DNA from: an uncultured Acidobacteriota bacterium
Lineage (GTDB): Bacteria > Acidobacteriota > Thermoanaerobaculia > Gp7-AA8
Direction of reading: 5' to 3'
NCBI GenBank assembly: GCA_963822445.1
Contig: CAWGHO010000003.1
Location: forward strand, 1,472,001-1,536,000
DNA length: 64,000 nucleotides
The translations under genes were made by a program, and so were the position numbers. The notes beneath the pieces are model-generated. The model did no database searches and was not told where the DNA came from. It worked only from the letters and a program-made list of their open reading frames with translations. Each line of letters opens with the position of its first letter. Within the stretch, counting starts at the first letter, position 1. Shown piece after piece: positions 39,080 to 51,023 of this stretch.

Positions 39080-39797
39080 AGACCACCGTCTTCTCTTTGT
39101 TGATGCGTTCCCAGATCGCGGCGAGATCCGCTTCAGCGACCATGAACGATCCGGGTTTGGCTCCCTTCAGCGGACTCTCCTCGCCCGGCGGCGAATGAAT
39201 GACGTAGCCGTTCGGCAGAAAGAGCACGTACTTGCCGATCCCGTTCGGAATCACCGGCCGTTGCGCGGGGATCGGCTGGTTGTTCATCGCGTAAAGCCAC
39301 TCCGGGACCTGCCAGTCGTGCCCGACCATCTTGCCCTCGACCGGAAACGCGCCTTTCAGCGGGAGAAAGGTCCAGGTCTTCTTGTCCGGCGCTTCGATGG
39401 TCCTGCTCTCGCCGACGGTGACGTCGCCTTCGCGCAGGACCGTATCGCCGTAGTAGAAGCGGAACTTGCGCTCGCTGGTGTCGACGCCGATGTGAAAATC
39501 CTCGGATTTGAGGCCGGCCATCAGCTTGGTGCGGCCTTCCAGCTCTTTCTGCAATTGGTCGCGGGTGAGATCCATCTCCGCGAGCTCTTCCTTCATCTTC
39601 CTCACGTCCGCGGGAGTCCGAGCCTCCTCGGTGATGACGTGCGCGAAGCGGGTCGAAATCTTCTCGCGGTGATAGCGCGCGAAGACGACCCCGGCCACGC
39701 CGAGGAGAAGAAGAAGCAGGTTCAGCCAGAGCGGTGGTCGTGGAAACGACCTCCGGTCCGGCGCCTCGGGCCTTGAATGAGTGCGCCGTTCGGGCAT
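39069..39797 (-). CDS. YkuD-like protein lacking the catalytic Cys (pseudo-L,D-transpeptidase)
   Basis: TM, coiled coil, W.VPEW.Y, GIGKYVLFLPNGYVIHS...GAKPGSF.V..ADL.AIW.....VYVY. Confidence 0.75.
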   Translation of the reverse strand: MPERRTHSRPEAPDRRSFPRPPLWLNLLLLLLGVAGVVFARYHREKISTRFAHVITEEARTPADVRKMKEELAEMDLTRDQLQKELEGRTKLMAGLKSEDFHIGVDTSERKFRFYYGDTVLREGDVTVGESRTIEAPDKKTWTFLPLKGAFPVEGKMVGHDWQVPEWLYAMNNQPIPAQRPVIPNGIGKYVLFLPNGYVIHSPPGEESPLKGAKPGSFMVAEADLAAIWERINKEKTVVYVY

Positions 39798-39813
39798 CGC
39801 TGATAGTTACTTC

Positions 39814-39829
39814 GCGAGGGACGTGCCAA
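39814..39829 (-). promoter_or_regulatory. Putative sigma54 (-24/-12) promoter
   Basis: Minus strand TTGGC-ACGTCCC-TCGC; GG-N10-GC spacing is correct, one mismatch in TTGC. Confidence 0.5.
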
Positions 39830-39880
39830 TCTCATGTGGTTGCGTTGCTACCATCAGGCATTGAACGCGCAGTGGAGAAA

Positions 39881-40005
<125 letters not shown>

Positions 40006-40069
40006 GATTCACGGGGGAATAACTCATATGCTTGCGCGCATTTGAGTCACATCGTTAGGAGATTTGCAG

Positions 40070-40399
40070 ATGGCAGATTCGAAATCAGTTCAACAGCTCA
40101 CCGACTCCGACTTCGACAGCACCGTCAACGGTGGCAAGCCGGTGTTCGTCGATTTCTGGGCGCCGTGGTGCGGCCCGTGTCGCATCGTCGGACCGATCGT
40201 GGAGGAGCTCGCGCCGAGCTACGACGGCAAGGCAGTCATCGCCAAGATGAACGTCGATGACAACCCGCAGGTCGCGCAGCGTTTCGGTGTGACCTCGATC
40301 CCGACGCTGATGATGTTCAAGGACGGCAAGCTGGTCGACCGCATGGTCGGCGCGGCCCCGAAAGACCGTCTGCAGCAGTTCATCGACAAGAACCTCTGA
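40070..40399 (+). CDS. trxA: Thioredoxin
   Basis: DFWAPWCGPC, SIPTL. Confidence 0.96.
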   Translation: MADSKSVQQLTDSDFDSTVNGGKPVFVDFWAPWCGPCRIVGPIVEELAPSYDGKAVIAKMNVDDNPQVAQRFGVTSIPTLMMFKDGKLVDRMVGAAPKDRLQQFIDKNL

Positions 40400-40420
40400 T
40401 CGCCCGATCGCGTGCGGCGG

Positions 40421-41605
40421 CTACGGCCGCCGCACGTCCATGCCGTACCCGCCGCGGCACAGCGACTCCACTCCGTTTTCCCGAACGACGAACGTGTCCT
40501 CGATGCGCACGCCGATCTCCCGGTCGGGGAAGTAGAGTCCCGGCTCGACGGTGATGACGTCGCCGGTCTCGATCAGGTCCTCGTTCGCTGGTGTGAGCTG
40601 GAACGCCGGCTTCTCGTGGATCTCCAGCCCCACGCCATGCCCCAGGCCGTGCACGTAGCCTGAAAACGTGGTCGGATCGGCGCGCGAGGTCGGGTAGCCC
40701 TTCCCCTCGAAAAAATCGCAGACGAGCGCCTGATAGGACTGCGCGAGTGTGGCGGGACGGATCGCGTCGCGCGCTCGCGTGAAGGCCTCGAGCACGTCCG
40801 CATGAATGCGTGCGAGCTTCGCCGGAATCTGGCCGACGCAGAACGTCCGGGTGAGGTCGAAGAAGTAGCCGCTGGCTTTGTCCGCGGGAAAGATGTCGAG
40901 GACGATCGGTATGGACTCACACACCCGCGCCTTCGCGTCACCGCGCGAGTGGGGGATTCCGGCATCGCGGCCCTGCGAAAGAATGGTCTCGTGGTCCTCG
41001 ATCATGCCCAGACGGGCGATCTCCTGCGAGACGAACGATTTCAGATCGCCGAGGGTCATCGATGGCGTCCAATCGCTGAGCATCGCGCGCACGCCATCCA
41101 CGACCTGCTCCGTGCGCTCGCCGACGGAACGGATGGCCTCGATCTCCCACTCGTCCTTTCGCTTGCGCGCGAGTTGAATCAGATCCTCGCCGTTCGCGCG
41201 ATGGACGCGCCATCCGCGGCGCTCCATGCTTTCGAAAACGCCGCCGTAGAGATGAATGGGACCGTTGCCGAAGAACGCCACGCTCTTCCCCGCATCCAGC
41301 GCGCTCAACGCGACGCTGAAAAATTCAGCGTAGCCCTCGGCAGCATTCGAGGCCGTCTTGAAGATCCGTTCCGCGTCGAATTCATGGACGAGCCGGACCT
41401 CGAGACCCGTGGCCGCGGCTTCCTCCCGTTCCATCGGGTAGGTGATGAGCACCGGTGCGCGATCGCCGATTTTCACCGCGTAACCGCGGGTCACCTTCGC
41501 GCCGCGCGACAGCCAGCGAAAAGAAGGGTGCATGGCTTCGTGCATGGGCACGATCAGCGCGTCGATGCCGCGCTGCGTCATCAATCGGTGGAGATCGCCG
41601 AGCAT
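40421..41605 (-). CDS. M24 family (Xaa-Pro) peptidase
   Basis: DIFP..GYFFDLTRTF, HGLGHGVGLEIHE, TVEPGLY, GVRIED. Confidence 0.93.
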   Translation of the reverse strand: MLGDLHRLMTQRGIDALIVPMHEAMHPSFRWLSRGAKVTRGYAVKIGDRAPVLITYPMEREEAAATGLEVRLVHEFDAERIFKTASNAAEGYAEFFSVALSALDAGKSVAFFGNGPIHLYGGVFESMERRGWRVHRANGEDLIQLARKRKDEWEIEAIRSVGERTEQVVDGVRAMLSDWTPSMTLGDLKSFVSQEIARLGMIEDHETILSQGRDAGIPHSRGDAKARVCESIPIVLDIFPADKASGYFFDLTRTFCVGQIPAKLARIHADVLEAFTRARDAIRPATLAQSYQALVCDFFEGKGYPTSRADPTTFSGYVHGLGHGVGLEIHEKPAFQLTPANEDLIETGDVITVEPGLYFPDREIGVRIEDTFVVRENGVESLCRGGYGMDVRRP

Positions 41606-41761
41606 TCTGCGGAAAACGGCCCGCCCTCAACTTCCCGAAGCCGGCATGGGCACGCGGGATTGCGTCGGGCGAAAGCTCAGGGGTAAGGACGGACCGAGAC
41701 GCAAGGATACCAGTCGGCCGGGCGGTTGGCGGGATTCTCGCTTCGTATCGTTCCGTCCGGG

Positions 41762-42463
41762 ATGACCAGCCTCAGAGTGATGTCGTACAACATCCAGGGA
41801 CACGCCGCGATGCGGCGGCAGGACCACCTGCCCAAGCTCGCCGAGGTGATCGCTGCCGTGAAGCCTGACGTCGTCGGCCTGCAGGAGGTCCACTTCCGCA
41901 CCCGCGTCGGGCCGGACCATCAGAGCGAGATCCTGGCGTCTCTGACCGGACTCAACCATCACTTCGGCCGCAGCACGGTCATGGACGGTGGAGATTACGG
42001 AAACGCGGTTCTGACCCGCGGCAACATCACCAACGCGCACGCCTATCCGCTGCCCGGCTCCGGCGAGCCCCGCTCGGTCCTGCAGGCCGACATCGACCTC
42101 GACGGCATGAGCTTCAGCTTTTTCGTCACCCATCTCGCGGCCTGGGGCCGATTGTTGCGCGTGGCCCGGTTGCGCCAGATCGCGGAGGTCGGCGACATCA
42201 TCGCCCGCGGCTCGCTGCCGCACGTTCTGGTCGGCGACTTCAACGTTCCGCCGGCCGCCGAGGAAATCAGAGTGCTGCTCGCGCACGGCCATCTGCGCGT
42301 TTGCGGCGATGCGAAGGAAGCGACGTTTCCGATGACGCGCCAGCGTCTCGATTACGTCTTCTGCGATCCGCGGTGGGAGTTCGTTTCCGCCGAGGTCATG
42401 CGTCGCGGACCGTCCGACCACTGGGCGATCGTCGTCGACCTGAAACTGCGGGAGAGTGAATGA
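41762..42463 (+). CDS. Endonuclease/exonuclease/phosphatase family protein
   Basis: MSYNI, DVVGLQEV, YGNAVL, THL, GDFN, LDYVF, SDH. Confidence 0.92.
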   Translation: MTSLRVMSYNIQGHAAMRRQDHLPKLAEVIAAVKPDVVGLQEVHFRTRVGPDHQSEILASLTGLNHHFGRSTVMDGGDYGNAVLTRGNITNAHAYPLPGSGEPRSVLQADIDLDGMSFSFFVTHLAAWGRLLRVARLRQIAEVGDIIARGSLPHVLVGDFNVPPAAEEIRVLLAHGHLRVCGDAKEATFPMTRQRLDYVFCDPRWEFVSAEVMRRGPSDHWAIVVDLKLRESE

Positions 42464-43734
42464 AGATCGCCGTACCCATCTGGGTGTTGCTCCTGCTCGT
42501 CGTCACGATCGTCGCCCTGGTCGTGATCATCTGGTCGATCAAGCGCCGCCGCCGCCCGCACCTCGGCCTCGAGGAAAGCGAAGGGACCAACGAGAATCTC
42601 ATGCCCTCGATCGCGGGGGTGACCCAGGGAACGATCGTCGATGGGAACAGGATCGAGCTCATTCAGAACGGTGCGCTGTGGGACCGCATGTTCGAGGACA
42701 TGAAGAACGCCAAGGTCACCATCAACTTCGAGACCTTCCTGACCAAATGCGGGACGCTCACCGAGCGGATGACCAACACGCTGATCGACAAGCAGAACCA
42801 GGGCGTGCAGGTCCGGATGATGCTCGACGGCTCCGGCGGGAAAAACTACGGCAAGGTCGATCGGCAGCGCCTGGAGGCAGCGGGTGTGCGCACCGACGAT
42901 TACCACCCCATCAGCATCCGCAACCTCGGCCTGATCAACCAGCGCGATCACCGCAAGCTGGCCATCATCGACGGCCGCATCGGCTACGTCGGCGGCCACT
43001 GTCTCTGCGACGAATGGCTCGGCGAGGCCCAGGACAAGAAGCACTTCCGCGACATCACCGCGCGGGTCGAGGGACCGATCGTCGCGCAGTTGCAGTCGGC
43101 GTTCGCGGAGAACTGGATCGAGGAGACCGGCGAGGTGATCGGCGGGACGAATTTCTTCCCCGAGCTCGAGCCTTGCGGCGACATGAAGGCGCATGCGGTA
43201 TGGATCTCGCCGTCCGGAAGCCCGTCAACTGTAAAACTGCTGCACTACCTGGCCATCCGCGCGGCGAAGAAGCGGATCACCATCCAGAATCCCTACTTTC
43301 TGCCCGATCCGGATGCGCGCAAGGCACTGGTCGACGCGGTGAAGCGCGGGGTGGAGGTGCGGGTGATGATCCCCGCGACCACAGCCAGCGATGCGCCGCA
43401 CGTGCAGCACGCCAGTCACCATCACTACGGCACGCTGCTCAAGGGCGGGGTGAAGCTGTACGACTACGAGAAGACGCTGCTGCACCAGAAGGTGATCATC
43501 GTCGACGGGCTATGGGCGGCGGTCGGCTCGACAAACTTCGACGATCGCTCGTTCGAGATCAATGACGAGGTCTCGCTGGTCGTGCACGACGAGCGTATCG
43601 CCCGCGAACTGGAGGAGACCTTCGAGAAGGACCTGAAGGACGCGAAGGAGGTCAATCTCGAGGAGTGGAAGAAGCGGCCGGTGACGCACAAGATGCAGGA
43701 TCTGATGTTCTTTTTGTTCAACGAGCAGATGTAA
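42460..43734 (+). CDS. Phospholipase D / cardiolipin synthase
   Basis: Two HKD motifs (HRKLAIID, HQKVIIVD), NPYFLPD, GSTNFDDRS. Confidence 0.93.
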   Translation: MKIAVPIWVLLLLVVTIVALVVIIWSIKRRRRPHLGLEESEGTNENLMPSIAGVTQGTIVDGNRIELIQNGALWDRMFEDMKNAKVTINFETFLTKCGTLTERMTNTLIDKQNQGVQVRMMLDGSGGKNYGKVDRQRLEAAGVRTDDYHPISIRNLGLINQRDHRKLAIIDGRIGYVGGHCLCDEWLGEAQDKKHFRDITARVEGPIVAQLQSAFAENWIEETGEVIGGTNFFPELEPCGDMKAHAVWISPSGSPSTVKLLHYLAIRAAKKRITIQNPYFLPDPDARKALVDAVKRGVEVRVMIPATTASDAPHVQHASHHHYGTLLKGGVKLYDYEKTLLHQKVIIVDGLWAAVGSTNFDDRSFEINDEVSLVVHDERIARELEETFEKDLKDAKEVNLEEWKKRPVTHKMQDLMFFLFNEQM

Positions 43735-43789
43735 GCGGGCAATCCGCCTCATGACCTCCACCGTAGATCCGACAAAGAGGAGGTCATCC

Positions 43790-44230
43790 ATGAAACAGAT
43801 CGCTTTGGCGCTCGTTTTCCTTTTCGCGTTTTCGGCTCTCGCCAATCACCACTCCGAAGCCGCGCTGAAGACGCTCTACCAGCGCCTCGGCGGCTACGAC
43901 GCGATTGCCGCGGTCACCGACGATTTCATCGGCCGCATGGCGGCGGACAAACAGCTCGGCCGGTTCTTCGTCGGACACAGCGAGGACTCACTCAAGAGGA
44001 TCCGCCAGCTCGTCGTCGACCAGCTCTGCGCCGCGACGGGCGGACCGTGCGTGTACATCGGCCGGGACATGAAGTCGGCGCACAAGGGGATGGGCATCAG
44101 CAAGGCGGAATGGAACACCGCGGCTGCTCATCTCGTGGCCACACTGGACAAGTTCAAAGTTCCCGAGGCCGAGAAGAAGGAAGTGCTGGCGGCCATCACG
44201 TCACTGGAGAAAGACATAGTCGAGAAGTAG
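43790..44230 (+). CDS. Group 1 truncated hemoglobin with N-terminal signal peptide
   Basis: LYQRLGG.DAI.AV.DDF, LCAATGGPCVY.GRDMKSAHKGM; GAGGAGG RBS. Confidence 0.92.
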   Translation: MKQIALALVFLFAFSALANHHSEAALKTLYQRLGGYDAIAAVTDDFIGRMAADKQLGRFFVGHSEDSLKRIRQLVVDQLCAATGGPCVYIGRDMKSAHKGMGISKAEWNTAAAHLVATLDKFKVPEAEKKEVLAAITSLEKDIVEK

Positions 44231-44247
44231 CAGTTATCCTGCGCGGA

Positions 44248-45774
44248 ATGGCCGTGCAGTCGATTCCTGATCCACCAACCGATTCTTACTGGGATTGTTC
44301 TCCCGATTTTCGCGCCCTCTGCCAGCGCAAGCTGAACGACAGCGCGTGGGCGTGGGCGGAGCCGCAACTCGCGGCGATGGGGGAGCGGGCGGCGCGCGAA
44401 GTCGCGCCGCTCGCCGCGATCGCCGATCGCGAAACGCCGCGGCTGATCACGCACGATGAGCGCGGCCGCCGCGTGAATCGCGTCGAGTATCACCCGTCGT
44501 ATCGCGAGATGGAGCGCATCGCCTACGGCTCGGGGATGATCGCCATGAAGTATCAGACCCACGAGCACTCCCAGGCCGCCCCTTTCGTCGGCTTCGCCCT
44601 CGGATATCTCTTCGCCATGGCCGAATGCGGGCTGTATTGCCCGCTGTGCATGACCGACGGCGTCGCGCGCGTGCTGACGCGCCATGGCACGCACGATCAG
44701 GTGATGCGCGTCGTTCCCCATCTCACGTCTGCGGATCCCGCGACGCTCTGGACGGGGGGGATGTTTCTCACCGAGCGCGCCGGCGGATCGGATGTCGGCG
44801 CGAACGAGACCGTCGCCCGCAAAGACGCCGAGGGGAACTGGCGCCTGACCGGGCACAAGTGGTTCTGCTCGAACGTCGACGCGCAGGCAGTGCTCGTGAC
44901 GGCGCGACCGGACGGCGCGAGCGAAGGAACGAACGGCCTGCGCACGTTTCTGCTTCTCACGCGCGACAACCCCGGATTCACGATCGAGCGGCTGAAGGAC
45001 AAGCTCGGCGTGCGCTCGATGCCGACCGGTGAAGTGACGCTGACCGATGCGCCGGCCGAGGAGGTTGGCGGGTTCGCGGCGATGGCGGAGATGCTCAATC
45101 TCTCCCGCCTTTACAACGCCGTCGCGTCGTGCGGCGTGATCGGCCGCGCGGTGTACGAGGCACGGCACTACATCGAGCGGCGTCACGCATTCGGCCGTCC
45201 CATTCTGGAGTGGCCGCTCGCGCAGGAGACGTTCTTCGACATCGAGGCGGAGCAGATCGCCGCGTTGCTGCTGACGTTCGAAACGGTGGACGCGCTCTGC
45301 CGCTCCGACGCGGGAGATGCGGACGCGAAAAAGCTGTTGCGGATCCTCACGCCGATCACGAAAGCGGTCACCGGAAAGCTCGCAGTGCCCTGTGTGTCCG
45401 AGGCGATGGAACTGATCGGCGGAAACGGGTACATCGAAGAGAGCCCATTGCCGCGGCTTCTGCGAGACGCGCAGGTGCTTCCGATCTGGGAAGGGACGAC
45501 GAACATCCTCATCCTCGACGCGCTGCGGGTGATGAACAAGGACGGCAGCGAGGAACTTCTTCTCTCACGCATCCGCAGCCGCTTCCCGCGCGAAGCCGAC
45601 GCGCTGGCGTACACGTTCGCATCACTCGACGAGCACGACGCGCGCGGATGGGTGGACCGCCTGGCACGTCTCTATCAGCTCACACTGCTCGAGGAAGCGG
45701 ATCTCGGCGAGTACTCGCAGACGCTGATGAACCGTCCGCTCGGCCTGATGCCCGGCGCGCGTGCCTGGGTCTAG
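44248..45774 (+). CDS. Acyl-CoA dehydrogenase (AidB-like)
   Basis: CPLCMTDG, LTERAGGSDV, GHKWFCS, RLKDKLG.RSMPTGE, GGNGYIEE, IWEGTTN. Confidence 0.92.
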   Translation: MAVQSIPDPPTDSYWDCSPDFRALCQRKLNDSAWAWAEPQLAAMGERAAREVAPLAAIADRETPRLITHDERGRRVNRVEYHPSYREMERIAYGSGMIAMKYQTHEHSQAAPFVGFALGYLFAMAECGLYCPLCMTDGVARVLTRHGTHDQVMRVVPHLTSADPATLWTGGMFLTERAGGSDVGANETVARKDAEGNWRLTGHKWFCSNVDAQAVLVTARPDGASEGTNGLRTFLLLTRDNPGFTIERLKDKLGVRSMPTGEVTLTDAPAEEVGGFAAMAEMLNLSRLYNAVASCGVIGRAVYEARHYIERRHAFGRPILEWPLAQETFFDIEAEQIAALLLTFETVDALCRSDAGDADAKKLLRILTPITKAVTGKLAVPCVSEAMELIGGNGYIEESPLPRLLRDAQVLPIWEGTTNILILDALRVMNKDGSEELLLSRIRSRFPREADALAYTFASLDEHDARGWVDRLARLYQLTLLEEADLGEYSQTLMNRPLGLMPGARAWV

Positions 45775-46295
45775 CGCAGAAACAGCCAGTCGTTCCCTTC
45801 CTCAGTCCGCCGGACGACCCGCTGCTCACCCTTTTCGAGATGTTCAATCGCGCGAACGACATCGGCGTGGGAGTGGGGCAGGGAGTCGAAGACGTCGCGA
45901 GTTAGAAGTTGGGTGGCGTTGCGCACCGCGAAGATGTCCAGCACCGCGCGCTCGATGTCTTCGCGCAGCGCTTCACGCGTGGCGGCATTCTGTCCGCCTG
46001 AAATGAGTGGCGGAGGAACAGGAACCGGTTCCCGCGACGGTCTGCTCGTTTGCGCGCGGCGGAGTGCACCTTCGAAGTAGGCCGCGCTCAGACCAGTGGC
46101 CCAGTAGAGGATCGCTTTCGCGTTGGCCTGGGTGGTCTCGACGGGAGTGGTGAAGGAAGCGCGATCGGAGGTGCGCTCGAAGGTGATGTGCCCCTCCCAA
46201 GTGCCGTCGCCGCGATCGCGCCCGTACAGGTGCGTGATGTAGGTCTCGCCATCAATCTCGACCGGCGTCTCGAACTGCTGCAGGAGCGTGTGCAT
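45771..46295 (-). CDS. Hypothetical protein
   Basis: GRDRGDGTWEG.I.F, ETTQ, YWATGL..AYFEGAL.RA; fills the gap between aat and the acyl-CoA dehydrogenase. Confidence 0.75.
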   Translation of the reverse strand: MHTLLQQFETPVEIDGETYITHLYGRDRGDGTWEGHITFERTSDRASFTTPVETTQANAKAILYWATGLSAAYFEGALRRAQTSRPSREPVPVPPPLISGGQNAATREALREDIERAVLDIFAVRNATQLLTRDVFDSLPHSHADVVRAIEHLEKGEQRVVRRTEEGNDWLFLR

Positions 46296-46309
46296 GCGCG
46301 CTGACGCGT

Positions 46310-46324
46310 GCAAGGCGTTCGCCA
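46310..46324 (-). promoter_or_regulatory. Putative sigma54 (-24/-12) promoter
   Basis: Minus strand TGGC-GAACGCC-TTGC, 14 nt upstream of ATG 46295. Confidence 0.5.
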
Positions 46325-46344
46325 CGATGGAGTGCCGCACTCCA

Positions 46345-46982
46345 TCAAAACAACGCGATGCCAGATGCTTGCGCGTGCGCGAGCATGTCCAGGTACCGGC
46401 CGCGCGTGATCTCGCGGGCGCCGAGCGCCTCCATGTGCGGGGTCATGACCTGGCAATCGAGGAAAGCGGCGCCGCGTGCGCGCAGGTGCTCGATGAGGAA
46501 CAGCAAAGCCAGCTTCGACGCGTTCGGGCGCAGGTGAAACATGCTCTCGCCGGTGAACACGCCGCCGGCGTCGACGCCGTACAAACCGCCCGCGAGCTCG
46601 TCGCCGTCCCAGGCCTCGATGCTGTGCACGTCGCCCGCTGCGTGAAAGCGCGTGTAGGCGGCGATGATCTTGGGCGCGATCCACGTTCCGTCCTGCTCCG
46701 GCCGGGCGATCCGCGCGCAACCGTGGATCACCTCCGGAAACGCGCGATCGATCGTGAATGTGTACGGCGCGCGGCGCGCCGCTTTCTCGAGCGAGCGGCC
46801 GACGTGCAGCTCGTCGAAAAAGATCACCGCACGGCGGCGCGGCGAGAACCACGGCAAGGGCATGCCCTCGTGTGGCCAGGGAAAGATGCCCTTGCGATAC
46901 GCCTCGCGCAGAGTGTCCACGCGAAGGTCTTCGCCCATGGCGACGATGTCGCTCGGGGCGTAGCGCGGGTCGGGGAAGGTGC

Positions 46983-46986
<4 letters not shown>
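46345..46986 (-). CDS. aat: Leucyl/phenylalanyl-tRNA--protein transferase
   Basis: AYRKGIFPW, W.SP..R, HSIEAW, GGLYGV, FTGESMF, ASKLAL, DCQ..T.H. Confidence 0.95.
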
Positions 46987-49201
<2,215 letters not shown>

Positions 49202-49202
<1 letters not shown>

Positions 49203-49522
49203 CAGATGGCTTCCATCGTAACCAACAACGGATATTCATGTTCCCGCGCCAGCGAGGTCGTCTTCTCGACCTTCGTCTCGGCGACTTCGAAGGTGTAGAT
49301 CCCGGCCACGCCGACGCCGCGCAGGTGGACGTTGAGCATGACCTGAATGGCCTGCTCCTCGGGCATGTTGAAGACCGACTCCAGCACCCAGACCACGAAC
49401 TCCATGGTCGTGTAGTCGTCGTTGTGGAGGAGGACCTTGAACAGGGGAGGCTCGGCGACTTTCTCCCGGGTTTCCGCTTCGGCGACTGCGGATTCCTCGT
49501 ACTTCGTGTCCGGCGGCAGCAT
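49202..49522 (-). CDS. clpS: Clp protease adaptor ClpS
   Basis: FKVLLHNDDYTTMEFV, MLNVH..G.GVAG.Y..EVAETK. Confidence 0.97.
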
Positions 49523-49556
49523 CGGCGTGGTCTTAACGCAAAATACGCGCGCGAAT

Positions 49557-50564
49557 ATGCCGCGCCTGCCAGCCACGGTCCGACGCTATGCCCCGGTCGC
49601 GGCTTTCATCGGCGGCTTCGTCTGGGACGCCCTCACCCTCGGCCGCACGATCAAGCCGAGCGACCTGTTCATCCTCCTCGGCTACCTCGCCGGCGCCGCG
49701 GCGATCCTGGTGGCCATCGGGCGGGAAGTGACGTTCCGCGGGTCGCAGTACCTCAACACGGTGCTGCAGTTCCTTTTCGGCGGCATCTTCAGCGCACTGT
49801 TCATCTTCTATTTCCTGAGTTCCAGCAGCCTGCCGGGATATCTGTTCGTGCTGCTTCTCGCGGCGCTTCTGATCGGGAACGAGTTTCTGCACAACGCCTA
49901 CAGCGAGCTGACGTTGTCGTGGGCGTTCTTCACGCTCAGCGCGACGATGTTCTTCAACTTCGCCCTGGCGCATCTCTTCCGGAGCATCAGCACATTCTGG
50001 TTTTACGTCGGCACTCTGCTCGCGGTCCTGCTGGTGATCGCGCTGCGGCGGACGTCGAAGCGCGAATCGAGCTCGGTCAAGCCCGCGATCGGAGTGGCGG
50101 CAGTGATGATCGCGCTGCATATGTTCAACGTGATTCCGCCGGTGCCGCTGGTGAAGAAGCAGATGCTGATCGCGCACGATGTGCGCCGGACGGCTGATGG
50201 CTACGCGTTGACGATCGAGTCGCCGGGCTGGCGCTTCTGGCGCGCGTCGTCGGACACCTTTCATCGCGCGGCGCGCGAGCCCGTGTACTGCTTCACTTCC
50301 GTGTTCGTTCCGACAGGAATTCGCACGACGATTCGCCATCGCTGGGAGCTGCGGACCGACGACGGATGGCGAACCGCGGACCTGCGCTCGTTCAGCATCG
50401 CCGGGGGACGCCAGGCCGGGTATCGCGGCTACACGTACAAGAGCAACGTCGTGCCGGGCGTGTGGCGCGTGACCGCGGAGTCGGAGAGCGGCGCCGCGAT
50501 CGGAATCGTGCAGTTCCGCGTCGAGAACGGCGAGCCTGGTCGAACGAAGAAAATCCGGTTGTGA
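49557..50564 (+). CDS. DUF2914-domain membrane protein
   Basis: FIGGFVWD.LTLGR, multi-TM, IPPVPL, VYCFTSVFVP..I.H.W, GGR.AGYRGYTYK, PG.WRV. Confidence 0.82.
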   Translation: MPRLPATVRRYAPVAAFIGGFVWDALTLGRTIKPSDLFILLGYLAGAAAILVAIGREVTFRGSQYLNTVLQFLFGGIFSALFIFYFLSSSSLPGYLFVLLLAALLIGNEFLHNAYSELTLSWAFFTLSATMFFNFALAHLFRSISTFWFYVGTLLAVLLVIALRRTSKRESSSVKPAIGVAAVMIALHMFNVIPPVPLVKKQMLIAHDVRRTADGYALTIESPGWRFWRASSDTFHRAAREPVYCFTSVFVPTGIRTTIRHRWELRTDDGWRTADLRSFSIAGGRQAGYRGYTYKSNVVPGVWRVTAESESGAAIGIVQFRVENGEPGRTKKIRL

Positions 50565-50603
50565 TCCTCGTCCGTAGTTCACGCAAACGACGAGGAGGAA
50601 GCA

Positions 50604-51023
50604 ATGACCGAGAACGTAGAGAAGCTTCAGCAGATGTACGCCGCCTTCGGACGCGGCGACATCGCCACCATCCTGGACAACGTGGCCGACGACGTGGACT
50701 GGGGAACCGAAACCGTGGCCACGGAAGTGCCCTGGTATCGCATCCGCCGCGGACGCGCGGGCGTCGCGGAGTTCTTCGAGACACTGGGCCGCGAAGTGGA
50801 GTTCACGAAGTTCCAGCCCACGGCGTTCATCCCGAACGGCGACGAAGTGATCGTGCAGGTCGACTACGACTATCGCCTGCGCAAGAACGGCAAAGGAGCA
50901 CCGGTCGGCTCGATGCACAAGTTCCGCGTGCGCGACGGCAAGGTGACCAGCTTCCGCGTGTATGAGGACACGGCCGCGGTTCGGAGCGCCTGGCGCGACG
51001 GCGCCGTTGATGCGGTGGGTTAA
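50604..51023 (+). CDS. SnoaL/NTF2-like protein
   Basis: MYAAFGRGDI, ADDVDW, GRAGVAEFF, VRDGKV..F..YEDT; GAGGAGG RBS. Confidence 0.9.
   Translation: MTENVEKLQQMYAAFGRGDIATILDNVADDVDWGTETVATEVPWYRIRRGRAGVAEFFETLGREVEFTKFQPTAFIPNGDEVIVQVDYDYRLRKNGKGAPVGSMHKFRVRDGKVTSFRVYEDTAAVRSAWRDGAVDAVG

Noticed and set aside
41648-41663. sigma54-like GGCACG...TTGC before the EEP/cardiolipin synthase genes
   Set aside because: GG-to-GC spacing is 11 rather than the required 10.
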